The position numbers and the translations under genes are program-made. DNA of 64,000 bases, taken from Patescibacteria group bacterium (GTDB taxonomy: Bacteria; Patescibacteriota; Patescibacteriia; JBDRGY01). The stretch spans positions 8,663 to 72,662 of the forward strand of contig JBDRGY010000013.1 of assembly GCA_043817315.1 (NCBI GenBank), written 5' to 3'. Shown piece by piece: positions 28,237-37,629 of the stretch. Each line of letters starts with the position of its first letter. The stretch's first letter is position 1. The notes under the pieces are model-generated. The model made no database searches and was not told the DNA's origin. It worked only from the letters and a program-made list of their open reading frames with translations.

Positions 28237-28373
28237 ATATTAGGTTTACATGTCCTATTTTAGCACATATTGATTTTAGCTGGAAAGGCCGGGTTGGCTT
28301 GGGATCGATTACCCGATTGCCAAGGAGACAATAAGTGATATAATGAAAATACTCAACATTAATATATCTTTAT

Positions 28374-28664
28374 ATGGTTGAAACATCCAAAGACGTCTTA
28401 AACATTGTCATTGCTTCAGCGATTGGGCTGGTTACTCTTTTCGTCTGCTGGCTATTGTGGTACGTGATTCGGGTAATGCGTCAGGCTAATCACCTGGTTG
28501 ATAGTATAAAAGCCAAAGTTGAAGCCATTGATGGGATCCTTAAATCGATCCGCCAGAAACTAGACAATTCTGCATCTCACCTTTCTCTTTTGGCCAAAGG
28601 AATCACTCAAATAATGGGATATCTAAAAACCCGACAAGACAAGAAGTCCAAAAAGAGTAAATAG
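28374..28664 (+). CDS. hypothetical membrane protein (TM + coiled coil)
   Basis: 96-aa ORF downstream of TGATATAAT. Confidence 0.7.
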   Translation: MVETSKDVLNIVIASAIGLVTLFVCWLLWYVIRVMRQANHLVDSIKAKVEAIDGILKSIRQKLDNSASHLSLLAKGITQIMGYLKTRQDKKSKKSK

Positions 28665-28715
28665 CATTTTCTCAAACTAAATTGAGGGGAAATCTTTACC
28701 TAATTTTTTCTTACC

Positions 28716-31700
28716 ATGGAATTTGTTCATCTACACACTCATAGCCACTATAGCCTCTTAGACGGCCTGGCCAAGATTCCGGACCTCCTGGATAAAGCCA
28801 AATCTTTGGATATGAAAGCCCTGGCCTTGACCGATCATGGAAATATGTACGGTAGTGTTGAATTTTTCCAAGAGTCCGAAGCCAGAGAGATCAAACCGAT
28901 TGTCGGTCAGGAGTTTTATCTGGCCCCTCAAGGACGATTCGAAAAGAACCCCCGAGGCCAGACCAGCCCTTATCATTTAATTCTGCTGGCCAAAAATAAA
29001 GTCGGGTATCAAAATTTAATAAAGCTAACTACCGCTGCCCATCTAGAGGGTTTTTATTATAAACCGCGGATTGATTTTGAATTATTGACCAAACACCACG
29101 ATGGATTGATCGCCCTGACTGCTTGTCTCCGAGGAGAAATTCCCAGCCTGATTCTCTCGGGAAAGATCGAGCGAGCCGAAGAATCTGCCTTACGTTATCA
29201 AGAGCTATTTGGCAAAGACAATTTCTATCTGGAATTGCAATACCATCCCGGTTTACCACAACAGGATTTGGTAAATGCCAATCTTATTGATATCTCTAAG
29301 AAACACCAGATTCCCCTGGTAGCCACCAACGATATTCACTACCTAAACCCAGAGGATGCAAATGCTCAAGACGTTTTGGTCTGTATTCAGACCAAAAGAA
29401 AGGTGGAAGAAGAAAACCGACTGACTATGGTGGGTGTTGATTACTCTCTCCTGGATCAAAAACAGATGCAAGAGGCAGCTAAAGATGTGCCCGAAGCCAT
29501 TGCCAATACCAACAAGATCGCTGAAATGGTGGATTATAGGATGGAATTTGGCCGCACTCTGCTACCCCACTTCGAGACTCCCAAGGGCAAAGACTACAAT
29601 CAATATATCGAGGAATTATGTTTTCTGGGCGCGGAGCGCCGCGGTATCGAGCTAAAAGGAGAAATGAAAAAGAAATTAGACTACGAACTGTCAATTATAA
29701 AAAAGACCGGTTTTGCTTCTTATTTCTTGATTGTCCAAGATTTTGTGAATTGGGCTAAATCAAACGGGATCGTAGTCGGTCCCGGTCGAGGATCAGCCGC
29801 CGGCAGCGTGGTCTCCTACCTGCTAAATATTACCAACATCGATCCCATCAAATACGAACTGATCTTTGAACGTTTTCTTAACCCAGAAAGAATATCCCTA
29901 CCTGATATAGATTTGGATTTTGCCGACAGAAGAAGGGATGAAGTTATCAGATACGTTGAGAGTAAATACGGCCACGATCATGTAGCCCAGATAATTACCT
30001 TTGGAACCATGGCAGCCCGTGCCGCCATCAGGGATGTAGGTCGAGTATTGGACATTGCCTATTCTTACTGCGACCGGGTAGCCAAGCTGATTCCCATGTT
30101 TATGAATCTGGAAACAGCCATCAAAACAGTTCCTGAATTGAAAGAAATTTACGAAGGTGATCCTGAAGGGAAGAAACTGCTAGATACCGCCAAGAAGATT
30201 GAGGGTTGCGCCCGCCATGCCAGCACTCACGCTTGTGGCGTGGTCATTACCAAAGATCCGCTAGACGAATACGTGCCAGTCCAATTCGCCACCACCCAAG
30301 GGGAAAAAATCAAGGTAACCCAATATTCACTTCATCCCATCGAAGATCTGGGTATTTTGAAAATGGATTTCCTGGGCTTGAAGAATTTGACCATTATCGA
30401 AGACACCATCAACATCGTCAAAAAAACAAGAGATGTTGACATACATGTTGAAGAGATTCCCCTTGATGACCGCAAGACTTTTAATTTACTAAAAAAGGCT
30501 CAGACTACCGGCGTCTTCCAATTAGAGTCTTCGGGAATGAGGCGCTACCTCCGAGAATTAAAGCCGACTGAGATAGAAGATATAATCGCCATGGTAGCCC
30601 TATATCGGCCCGGCCCCATGGAATGGATCAAAGACTACATCGCCGGCAAACACGGACTGCAAGAGACTGTCTACCTCCACCCCACCCTGAAACCCATTTT
30701 GGAAAAAACTTACGGAGTGGCCATTTATCAAGAACAGGTGCTGCAGATCGCCCGAGATCTGGCTGGCTTCACCTTAGGCGAAGCTGATGTCTTACGCAAA
30801 GCAGTTGGCAAGAAGATCGCCAAATTGCTGCGAGAGCAAAAACAGAAGTTCATCCAAGGCTGTATTAAAAACGGAGTCAGTAAATCCGTAGCTGAAAAAG
30901 TATTTAATTTTATTGAGCCCTTTGCCGGCTACGGGTTCAACCGGGCTCACGCTGCCTGTTATGCCCGTATTGCTTATGAAACAGCTTATCTCAAAGCCAA
31001 TTTCCCGGCTGAATTTATGGCTTCTCTGATGACAGCTGATTATCATGATACCGACCGTATCGCCCTGGAAGTGGATGAATGTCAGCAAATGGGTATTGAA
31101 GTTATGCCTCCGGATATCAATGAAAGTTTCTCCACTTTTACCGTGGTCAAAGCCAGTCTGGCTCAAGATCAGAAGACCAGAATACGCTTTGGCCTTAAGG
31201 CCATCAAGAACCTGGGTTTCAATATTGTTCAATCCATTATCGATGAAAGAAAAGCCAAAGGTCATTTCAAGAATATCGAAGACTTTCTTAGCCGGGTGCA
31301 GACCAAGGACCTTAATAAGAAATCATTAGAGAGTTTGATAAAATCAGGAGCCTTAGAGGTGTTTGGGGAACGCAATCTATTGCTTTCCAATATCGATAAA
31401 CTGCTCACTTTTTCCAAGGCCGCTGACAAGGAAAGCAAAAATGGACAAACCAACATATTTAAAATCTTGCCGACTACAGCAGCACCTAAACTAAGATTGG
31501 AAAAAGCAGAGCCCGCTCCCAAGAAACAAAGACTTCTCTGGGAAAAAGAATTTGTCGGCCTCTACATCTCGGAACACCCCTTAGCTGAATACGCTGAATA
31601 TCTCAACAAGACAGCTACCCCCTTAAACAGTATCGAGGGAACCTATATCAACCGACGAGTAAAAGTGGGCGGGATTATCACCCAGATAAAAAAGATAATT

Positions 31701-32153
31701 ACCCGATCCTCCGAACCCATGCTCTTTGTCAGGATTGAAGACACCTCGGGTCGTATCGAAGTTTTGGTTTTTCCCAGCATTTTGAAAAATAATCCCACTA
31801 TTTGGCAAGAAGATAAAGTGGTATTGATCAACGGCAAACTTTCGGATAAAGACGGTGAACTAAAAATCCTCTGTGAGACAGTTAAACCTGTTGATTTGGA
31901 TAAATTAAAAGATTTTGAGTCAGTGGTTCAGGTAACTGTCCCCTCCTCTACACCAAAAACTATTTTCGACCGGCTTAAAAATATATTTCAAAATCACCCC
32001 GGGCAATACCCTGCTAATTTGAAGATATTTAATGCGGGCAGCAGCCGGATAATCCGTACTAATTTCACTGTAGATTTTAACGACAACATTAAAAAAGATA
32101 TCGAAAACTTAGTCGGCCCCAACACCATTGATTTAATAGACAAACCACTCTAA
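28716..32153 (+). CDS. dnaE: DNA polymerase III alpha subunit
   Basis: FVHLHTHSHYSLLDG PHP domain; GPGRGSAAGS; PDIDLDF; KMDFLGL. Confidence 0.97.
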   Translation: MEFVHLHTHSHYSLLDGLAKIPDLLDKAKSLDMKALALTDHGNMYGSVEFFQESEAREIKPIVGQEFYLAPQGRFEKNPRGQTSPYHLILLAKNKVGYQNLIKLTTAAHLEGFYYKPRIDFELLTKHHDGLIALTACLRGEIPSLILSGKIERAEESALRYQELFGKDNFYLELQYHPGLPQQDLVNANLIDISKKHQIPLVATNDIHYLNPEDANAQDVLVCIQTKRKVEEENRLTMVGVDYSLLDQKQMQEAAKDVPEAIANTNKIAEMVDYRMEFGRTLLPHFETPKGKDYNQYIEELCFLGAERRGIELKGEMKKKLDYELSIIKKTGFASYFLIVQDFVNWAKSNGIVVGPGRGSAAGSVVSYLLNITNIDPIKYELIFERFLNPERISLPDIDLDFADRRRDEVIRYVESKYGHDHVAQIITFGTMAARAAIRDVGRVLDIAYSYCDRVAKLIPMFMNLETAIKTVPELKEIYEGDPEGKKLLDTAKKIEGCARHASTHACGVVITKDPLDEYVPVQFATTQGEKIKVTQYSLHPIEDLGILKMDFLGLKNLTIIEDTINIVKKTRDVDIHVEEIPLDDRKTFNLLKKAQTTGVFQLESSGMRRYLRELKPTEIEDIIAMVALYRPGPMEWIKDYIAGKHGLQETVYLHPTLKPILEKTYGVAIYQEQVLQIARDLAGFTLGEADVLRKAVGKKIAKLLREQKQKFIQGCIKNGVSKSVAEKVFNFIEPFAGYGFNRAHAACYARIAYETAYLKANFPAEFMASLMTADYHDTDRIALEVDECQQMGIEVMPPDINESFSTFTVVKASLAQDQKTRIRFGLKAIKNLGFNIVQSIIDERKAKGHFKNIEDFLSRVQTKDLNKKSLESLIKSGALEVFGERNLLLSNIDKLLTFSKAADKESKNGQTNIFKILPTTAAPKLRLEKAEPAPKKQRLLWEKEFVGLYISEHPLAEYAEYLNKTATPLNSIEGTYINRRVKVGGIITQIKKIITRSSEPMLFVRIEDTSGRIEVLVFPSILKNNPTIWQEDKVVLINGKLSDKDGELKILCETVKPVDLDKLKDFESVVQVTVPSSTPKTIFDRLKNIFQNHPGQYPANLKIFNAGSSRIIRTNFTVDFNDNIKKDIENLVGPNTIDLIDKPL

Positions 32154-32186
32154 TCCTGGTATGCTAGTAAAGTAACATTTAGCCTT

Positions 32187-33344
32187 ATGGCTCGCAAAAT
32201 TGCCAAAGCTAAAACTGAATCCTCATACCAAAAGATTGTAATTGGCTTTATTATAGTCACTATTGTTGTTGTGGTTCTGATCGTTTATTTCTCTTTTTCC
32301 AAAACGGTGATCTCTATCACTCCCAATGACGAAACTATCAGTACTGATTTTGTAGCTTCCCTTAAAGAAACGGACGATCTGGAGGAATTGGAAAAGCCCA
32401 ATGTTCTTTTGGGTTCTTTTCTGCAAGCTGAGGTGGAGGGAGATCTAATCTATGACAACATTGAAGTCAGTTCCGAGATAGAAGATTTTGCCACCGGGGT
32501 AATTACCGTGATCAATAATCACTCCAGTGCTCAACCACTACAGGAAACAACGCGATTTTTAACTGAAGATGGAGTTTTGTTCCGCACCACTGAATTCGTC
32601 AACGTACCAGCCGGAGGAACTGTTGATGTCAACGTTAAAGCGGACCAGATAGGACCGACCGGAAATATCGGAGCATCCAAATTTACTATCCCCGGACTGT
32701 GGCCCGGATTACAAGACGACATCTTTGGGGAATCCAAGGAAGCGATGACCGGAGGTATCAAAAAGGCAAAAGCGGTAACCGAAGCCAATCTCACTGAAGC
32801 CAGACAACAACTGGAAAACGAACTGCTCTCCCAAGCTATGGCTAGTTTGCAAACTCAGGTCAAACAAACCGAAGCCATTTCTTCTTCCAGCACCTACACT
32901 GAAAAATTAGTTGACACTGTCACTGCCGAAGCCGGTGAAGAAGTTAATGACTTTACCGTTTCTATGAAGCTAAGGGTAACTGCCCTGGCTTTCAACCAAG
33001 ATTCTTTACTGACCCTGGCTCTGGATAATTTAAAAAAGAAAATTCCTTCCGATAAGGGTCTATACGATTACGGTATTGCCAATATGCAGTATTCGGTAGA
33101 TTCCCTGGATTTCGACGGTAAAACAGCTACCTTAAAAGTTCATTTCTCAGGATCAGTCCAAATTCGACTATCATCTTCTATTTTTGACCGCTCTAATATA
33201 GTTAACCGGGACAAGCAGGAAATTCAGGCTTACTTCGCCAATTTCGACGAGATAGCCACTGTCAAAATCCGTTTCTCCCCTTTCTGGGTGTTTCGGGCCC
33301 CGGCCTTAGAAGATCATATTGAAATACGTTTGCTGGAAGAATAA
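32187..33344 (+). CDS. baseplate J/gp47-like domain membrane protein
   Basis: N-terminal TM; ATGVITVIN...TRFLTEDGVLFRT...VKADQIG..GNI...MTGG. Confidence 0.65.
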   Translation: MARKIAKAKTESSYQKIVIGFIIVTIVVVVLIVYFSFSKTVISITPNDETISTDFVASLKETDDLEELEKPNVLLGSFLQAEVEGDLIYDNIEVSSEIEDFATGVITVINNHSSAQPLQETTRFLTEDGVLFRTTEFVNVPAGGTVDVNVKADQIGPTGNIGASKFTIPGLWPGLQDDIFGESKEAMTGGIKKAKAVTEANLTEARQQLENELLSQAMASLQTQVKQTEAISSSSTYTEKLVDTVTAEAGEEVNDFTVSMKLRVTALAFNQDSLLTLALDNLKKKIPSDKGLYDYGIANMQYSVDSLDFDGKTATLKVHFSGSVQIRLSSSIFDRSNIVNRDKQEIQAYFANFDEIATVKIRFSPFWVFRAPALEDHIEIRLLEE

Positions 33345-33346
33345 CC

Positions 33347-35092
33347 ATGCCAAAAGTTGATGCCAATCTGGATAAATTACGCCATACTACGGCCCATGTA
33401 ACGGCTGCGGCGGTTTTGGAATTGTTTCCCAATGCCAAGTTTGGCATCGGGCCAGTGATCAAAGATGGCTTTTACTATGATTTTGAACTGCCCAGAAGTT
33501 TAAACCCTCAAGACTTGCCTAAGGTTGAAGCAAAGATGAAAGAGATTATCAAGAGAAACCTGCCTCTGGAAAAAGTTGAAGTCAAGCCGGATCAGGCCGT
33601 CAAGATCAATCAAGAAGCTAAGCAGGTTTACAAACTGGAATTGATTGATGAGTTAATCCAGGCCAAAGAGCAGATAACAGTTTATAAATGCGGCCGCTTC
33701 AATGATTTGTGCCGCGGTCCTCACTTAACCAAAACAGGTCTTATAAAACCGGAAACCTTTAAGCTGCTGGGGATTGCTGGAGCTTACTGGAAAGGTGACG
33801 AAAAAAGACCGATGCTGCAGAGAATTTATGGTACGGTTTGGCAAAACAAAGCTGATCTCGACATATACTTAAAAAGAATCCAGGAAGCAGAAAGCCGCAA
33901 CCACCGCATCCTGGGTAAACAGTTGGATTTATACTCCATCCAGGAAAAAGCCGGAGCCGGCTTGGTCTTTTGGCATCCTAATGGAGCCCTAATTCGCCAC
34001 CAGATAGAAACCTTCTGGAAAGATGAACATTTCAAACAAGGCTATCAATTACTTTATACTCCTCATATTGCCAAGCTAGATATCTGGAAGAAATCCGGCC
34101 ACTGGGAGAAATTCCGGGAAAACATGTTCTCCCCGATGCAGATAGATAATATCCCCTACGAAATTAAACCGATGAACTGCCCCTTCCACATTATGATCTA
34201 CCAAACCAAGAAATGGAGTTATAAGGAACTGCCCTTGCGCTGGGGCGAACTGGGCACTGTCTATCGCTATGAACCGTCCGGCACCTTGCACGGGCTGACC
34301 AGAGTCAGGGGCTTTACCCAAGACGATGCTCACATCTTTTGTACTGAAGAACAGTTTGCCAAAGAAGTAGAGGAAACCGTCAAACTGGCTAATTACATGA
34401 TGAAGGTTTTTGGCTTGAAGCCCAAACATTATTTAGCTACCCGCCCTGAGAAATTCCTGGGCAAAAAAGAAACCTGGGATTTTGCCGAAGGCATACTAGA
34501 AAAAGTATTAAAGAAATTAAAACTGGAATATGAAGTAGATAAAGGTGGCGGAGTTTTTTACGGTCCTAAGATTGATGTTAAAGTCACTGATGCCCTGATG
34601 CGGGAATGGCAGGGACCGACTATTCAATTAGATTTCAATTTACCAGAAAGATTTAATGTTACTTATGTAGACAAAGGCGGCCAGAATAAAAAAGTAATCA
34701 TGATCCACCGTACAGTCTTAGGTTCAATGGAAAGATTTTTAGGCAGTCTGATCGAACACTACGGCGGCAACTTTCCGGCCTGGCTGGCTCCGGTTCAGGT
34801 ACAAATCATGCCGGTCGGTTCCAAGCATATCAAACCATCCCAAAAGTTGGGTGAAGAACTAAAAAAAGAAGGATTTAGAGTTTATGTTGATGATCTCAAT
34901 GAAACAGTGGGCTATAAAATCAGAAAAGCCATCCAGCAGAAAGTGCCTTACATGCTGGTAATCGGTGATAAAGAAGTTAAACAGACCAAACTGGCAGTTC
35001 GGGAAAGAGGCAAGAAAGTTGTTAAGAATATTGCCAAGAAAACTTTCATCAAGCAACTTCACGAAGAGATAGCCAAAAAGAAAATCAAATAG
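33347..35092 (+). CDS. thrS: threonine--tRNA ligase
   Basis: RHTTAH; DLCRGPH; KPMNCP; RVRGFTQDDAH; FYGPKID. Confidence 0.97.
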   Translation: MPKVDANLDKLRHTTAHVTAAAVLELFPNAKFGIGPVIKDGFYYDFELPRSLNPQDLPKVEAKMKEIIKRNLPLEKVEVKPDQAVKINQEAKQVYKLELIDELIQAKEQITVYKCGRFNDLCRGPHLTKTGLIKPETFKLLGIAGAYWKGDEKRPMLQRIYGTVWQNKADLDIYLKRIQEAESRNHRILGKQLDLYSIQEKAGAGLVFWHPNGALIRHQIETFWKDEHFKQGYQLLYTPHIAKLDIWKKSGHWEKFRENMFSPMQIDNIPYEIKPMNCPFHIMIYQTKKWSYKELPLRWGELGTVYRYEPSGTLHGLTRVRGFTQDDAHIFCTEEQFAKEVEETVKLANYMMKVFGLKPKHYLATRPEKFLGKKETWDFAEGILEKVLKKLKLEYEVDKGGGVFYGPKIDVKVTDALMREWQGPTIQLDFNLPERFNVTYVDKGGQNKKVIMIHRTVLGSMERFLGSLIEHYGGNFPAWLAPVQVQIMPVGSKHIKPSQKLGEELKKEGFRVYVDDLNETVGYKIRKAIQQKVPYMLVIGDKEVKQTKLAVRERGKKVVKNIAKKTFIKQLHEEIAKKKIK

Positions 35093-35302
35093 TCTTTTGA
35101 TACTAAGCTCTTTAACCAAGGAAGGTCATATGGCTAAGCCCAGGACTGGCCTGATCCAGTGGTAATCCACAAGATCGGTGCCCCTATTCTTTGTGCTTTT
35201 CTGTTGCTGATGCAGCTGATTAGCTTTCTTAAGAGCACCTCTCCCACACCATAATCTGAGTGTGGGATTTTTTTATCCTGCCTCCCACATGGTGCAGGAT
35301 TT

Positions 35303-35331
35303 TTGACAAAATTATTTCATTTTGTTAAGTT
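35303..35331 (+). promoter_or_regulatory. sigma70 promoter
   Basis: TTGACA-17 nt (ends TGT)-TAAGTT. Confidence 0.7.
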
Positions 35332-35370
35332 TATTGACCGAACTAATCGCTCTATACACGGGGGGCTATT

Positions 35371-35601
35371 ATGCTCAAACTGTTTGGGGTCCTGGGTCTT
35401 TGCATGGTCTTCAGCCTCGGCTTTTGTACCTTCATGGTCTGTCTGATGCCTCCTTTTTCCCATCCTGATCACATCCACAAAATGCCCTATGATTACCGAC
35501 GATGGATAAGGAAAACCAAGGGCAGGCGAATCGCCGTCGCCATGTTGGGACTAGTCGTTTGCCTAATCGGCTTTTTCTCCTTGATGCATGTTCTCCACTA
35601 A
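35371..35601 (+). CDS. small 2-TM hypothetical protein
   Basis: Follows the promoter; GGGGG SD-like element; hydrophobic. Confidence 0.5.
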   Translation: MLKLFGVLGLCMVFSLGFCTFMVCLMPPFSHPDHIHKMPYDYRRWIRKTKGRRIAVAMLGLVVCLIGFFSLMHVLH

Positions 35602-35617
35602 CCAAAGGAGAAACGCT

Positions 35618-35806
35618 ATGGGCACAAACGCCTGGGCAGTAAGAGTACGACAGCGGTTTTCCCGCTTCAGCTCAGTGCCAATGAGCAGATTACTTGAGCG
35701 TGCGGTTGTAATCGTTCTTCTGCTCTGCGTCACCCTGATTCTGACAACCTGGTTGCTGGAGTCTATTGCCGGCAAGTCTGTTCATTTCTTCTACATCTTG
35801 ATGTAG
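35618..35806 (+). CDS. small membrane protein
   Basis: SD AAGGAG before ATG 35618; terminator GAGCAGG..CCTGCTC-T-run at 35812-35840. Confidence 0.5.
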   Translation: MGTNAWAVRVRQRFSRFSSVPMSRLLERAVVIVLLLCVTLILTTWLLESIAGKSVHFFYILM

Positions 35807-35893
35807 CTCCTGGAGCAGGTATCTATTCCTGCTCTTTTTTATTGGGGAAAAGCTTTATATTGACATAGTTGCTACATAAGTATAAAGTCTACT

Positions 35894-36174
35894 TGGCTAC
35901 ATATCGGAGGAAAACCAGTATTGGGCTGATCTGTTGTGGGTTTAGACTCGCTATCTGGGACTGACATCCCCGGATGAATGTGCGCACTGGCGAGGGGCGC
36001 TGGACCCACAATGGACTTCATCAAGGGGCTGGCCCCTTCTCCCGATATGGCGGTCTGGGTGCGATCCAGACCAGCCTTTCAAAGCCGAAAGGCCACCTCA
36101 AAAGAGGTGTATTCCTACAGCGCCTGATGTCTCCTTCGCCCCGTGATCCTGTGAGGTCATTGGGGCGATTTTTT
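35894..36174 (+). ncRNA. candidate structured ncRNA, unit A (rod-like, 6S-like shape)
   Basis: Promoter TTGACA(35860)-17-TAAAGT; CATATCGG/CCGATATG closing helix; 16-bp helix 35930-35945/36000-36015; GAAA tetraloop; terminator at 36136-36174; no credible ORF. Confidence 0.6.
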
Positions 36175-36211
36175 ATTTGACAACCAATAGAAGATAATAT
36201 AAAGTCAGACC

Positions 36212-36458
36212 TGCATCCCTCGTTAAACCAGTACTGTGTGAGGGAAATCGGGTTTATTAATACCGGCTGGTCCAGAGCGACACTCTGGGAATAACGCACC
36301 AGCCAGGAACGACGCTGGGCCCGATAGACAACTCCGCAGGGGCGCTGGCCTCTAGCCTGGGATTGTGTGGACCCACGAGGTCCATATCGTTACCCGAAAG
36401 GGATTTTGCGTTACAGCGTCGGCTGTCATTGGCTCTGCTTCGGTAGAGCCAATTTTTT
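36212..36458 (+). ncRNA. candidate structured ncRNA, unit B (double pseudoknot)
   Basis: Promoter TTGACA(36177)-17-TAAAGT; nested stems plus crossing pairings TAACGCA/TGCGTTA and CGACGCTG/CAGCGTCG; cUUCGg terminator. Confidence 0.6.
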
Positions 36459-36509
36459 ATTGGGGAAAACTCCCCTTGACAGCCAAAAGCCCAAGGAGTA
36501 AATTCATAA

Positions 36510-36812
36510 CTGGTTGTTGTTGTCGTTTGGCAAGTCAGCAAGTAAGTTAGGCGAAAGCCCATGGCTTTCCAGGCCCTCTCGTTTTTATGAGATGGCCAAG
36601 TCCCACGCCCTAGTTGACAGCTAGGCCAAGATCATGACCAGATGGGGCGCTGATACCGGGCCAGACGCGGTCGCCTAAAAGAAACCTGATAAGCCTTACG
36701 GCAGCAGCCGTGGTCGACTATTCGGCCACACGAGACGCGCTAGGATGACGCACCAGGTATCAGTGTCATTCGCCCCTACTGGCTAGCCAGATGGTGTAGG
36801 GGCGATTTTTTT
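36510..36812 (+). ncRNA. candidate structured ncRNA, unit C
   Basis: Promoter TTGACA(36476)-17-TAAATT; GGC-GAAA-GCC; 12-bp helix 36646-36657/36756-36767; terminator at 36770-36812. Confidence 0.55.
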
Positions 36813-36933
36813 ACTCCAGGGGTTGACAAATCAATAATCTTGTGATAATCTATCCTGTCTTCAGGGACAATATTGAAGACGGGTTTTTAAGTACCTTAAC
36901 AGGGGAATCATCCCCAAAACCATGGAGGAGCGT

Positions 36934-37533
36934 ATGCTAAAGTTACGTTCTTTGGTTGTGGTCATTGTTACCTTGGCGGCCCTCCTGCCGCTCTCAGCCC
37001 TGGCGGTGGACTCTGCTCAGTTCCAGACCTGCGCCATTGTACTGGTTCCGGTACAGGGCAACTTCAATGCCTGTGCTATCGGTCAGCTGGTCAATGTACC
37101 CAGTGAAGGTCTGGAGAATTGGTATTACTACGCTGGTCCCGCCTGGATGTCTGATGGCGGAGCCTTGCTGGTGATGCCGCTGGTCGGTCAGATCACCAAT
37201 CGGGGACTGGAAGGTCAGGACGCCACCATCGCCTCACTGTGGAGCATCTGGCAACCCACCGAGAAATTCAAGCTGTTCGTCCAAGGTGACATGTACACCT
37301 ATGGCGACGAAACAGAATATCTCGGCTGGTTGACTACCGACTACTTTCTGACCCCGGATGTTACCTGCGGATTCCACGTCGAGAGGAATGTCGGTGATCT
37401 CTACACCGACACTACCATCGGACCCCACGTTGGAATCACTAAGGGTCCCTGCCGCCTGGAGTTACAGTGGCACGGCTCTATCGAGGGCAAGACCCACGCC
37501 CTCCGCTTGTACACCGAATTCCTGTTCTTCTAG
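36934..37533 (+). CDS. secreted beta-strand-rich (outer-membrane beta-barrel-like) protein
   Basis: Promoter at 36823-36851; SD GGAGGAG; signal peptide (ALA|V); alternating aromatic strands; ends ...LYTEFLFF; terminator at 37542-37578. Confidence 0.6.
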   Translation: MLKLRSLVVVIVTLAALLPLSALAVDSAQFQTCAIVLVPVQGNFNACAIGQLVNVPSEGLENWYYYAGPAWMSDGGALLVMPLVGQITNRGLEGQDATIASLWSIWQPTEKFKLFVQGDMYTYGDETEYLGWLTTDYFLTPDVTCGFHVERNVGDLYTDTTIGPHVGITKGPCRLELQWHGSIEGKTHALRLYTEFLFF

Positions 37534-37629
37534 ACAGGAACACTCCCCAAAGCCATCACGGCCTAGGGGAGTTTTTTTGATTGTGGATATCTGGCTTGAC
37601 AGTCAAACCTACCTGTTATAAAGTCATAA

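Noticed and set aside
32187-33344. Prophage suggested by the baseplate J-like gene
   Set aside because: It is membrane-anchored, has backbone composition, lies between dnaE and thrS, and has no other phage structural genes nearby
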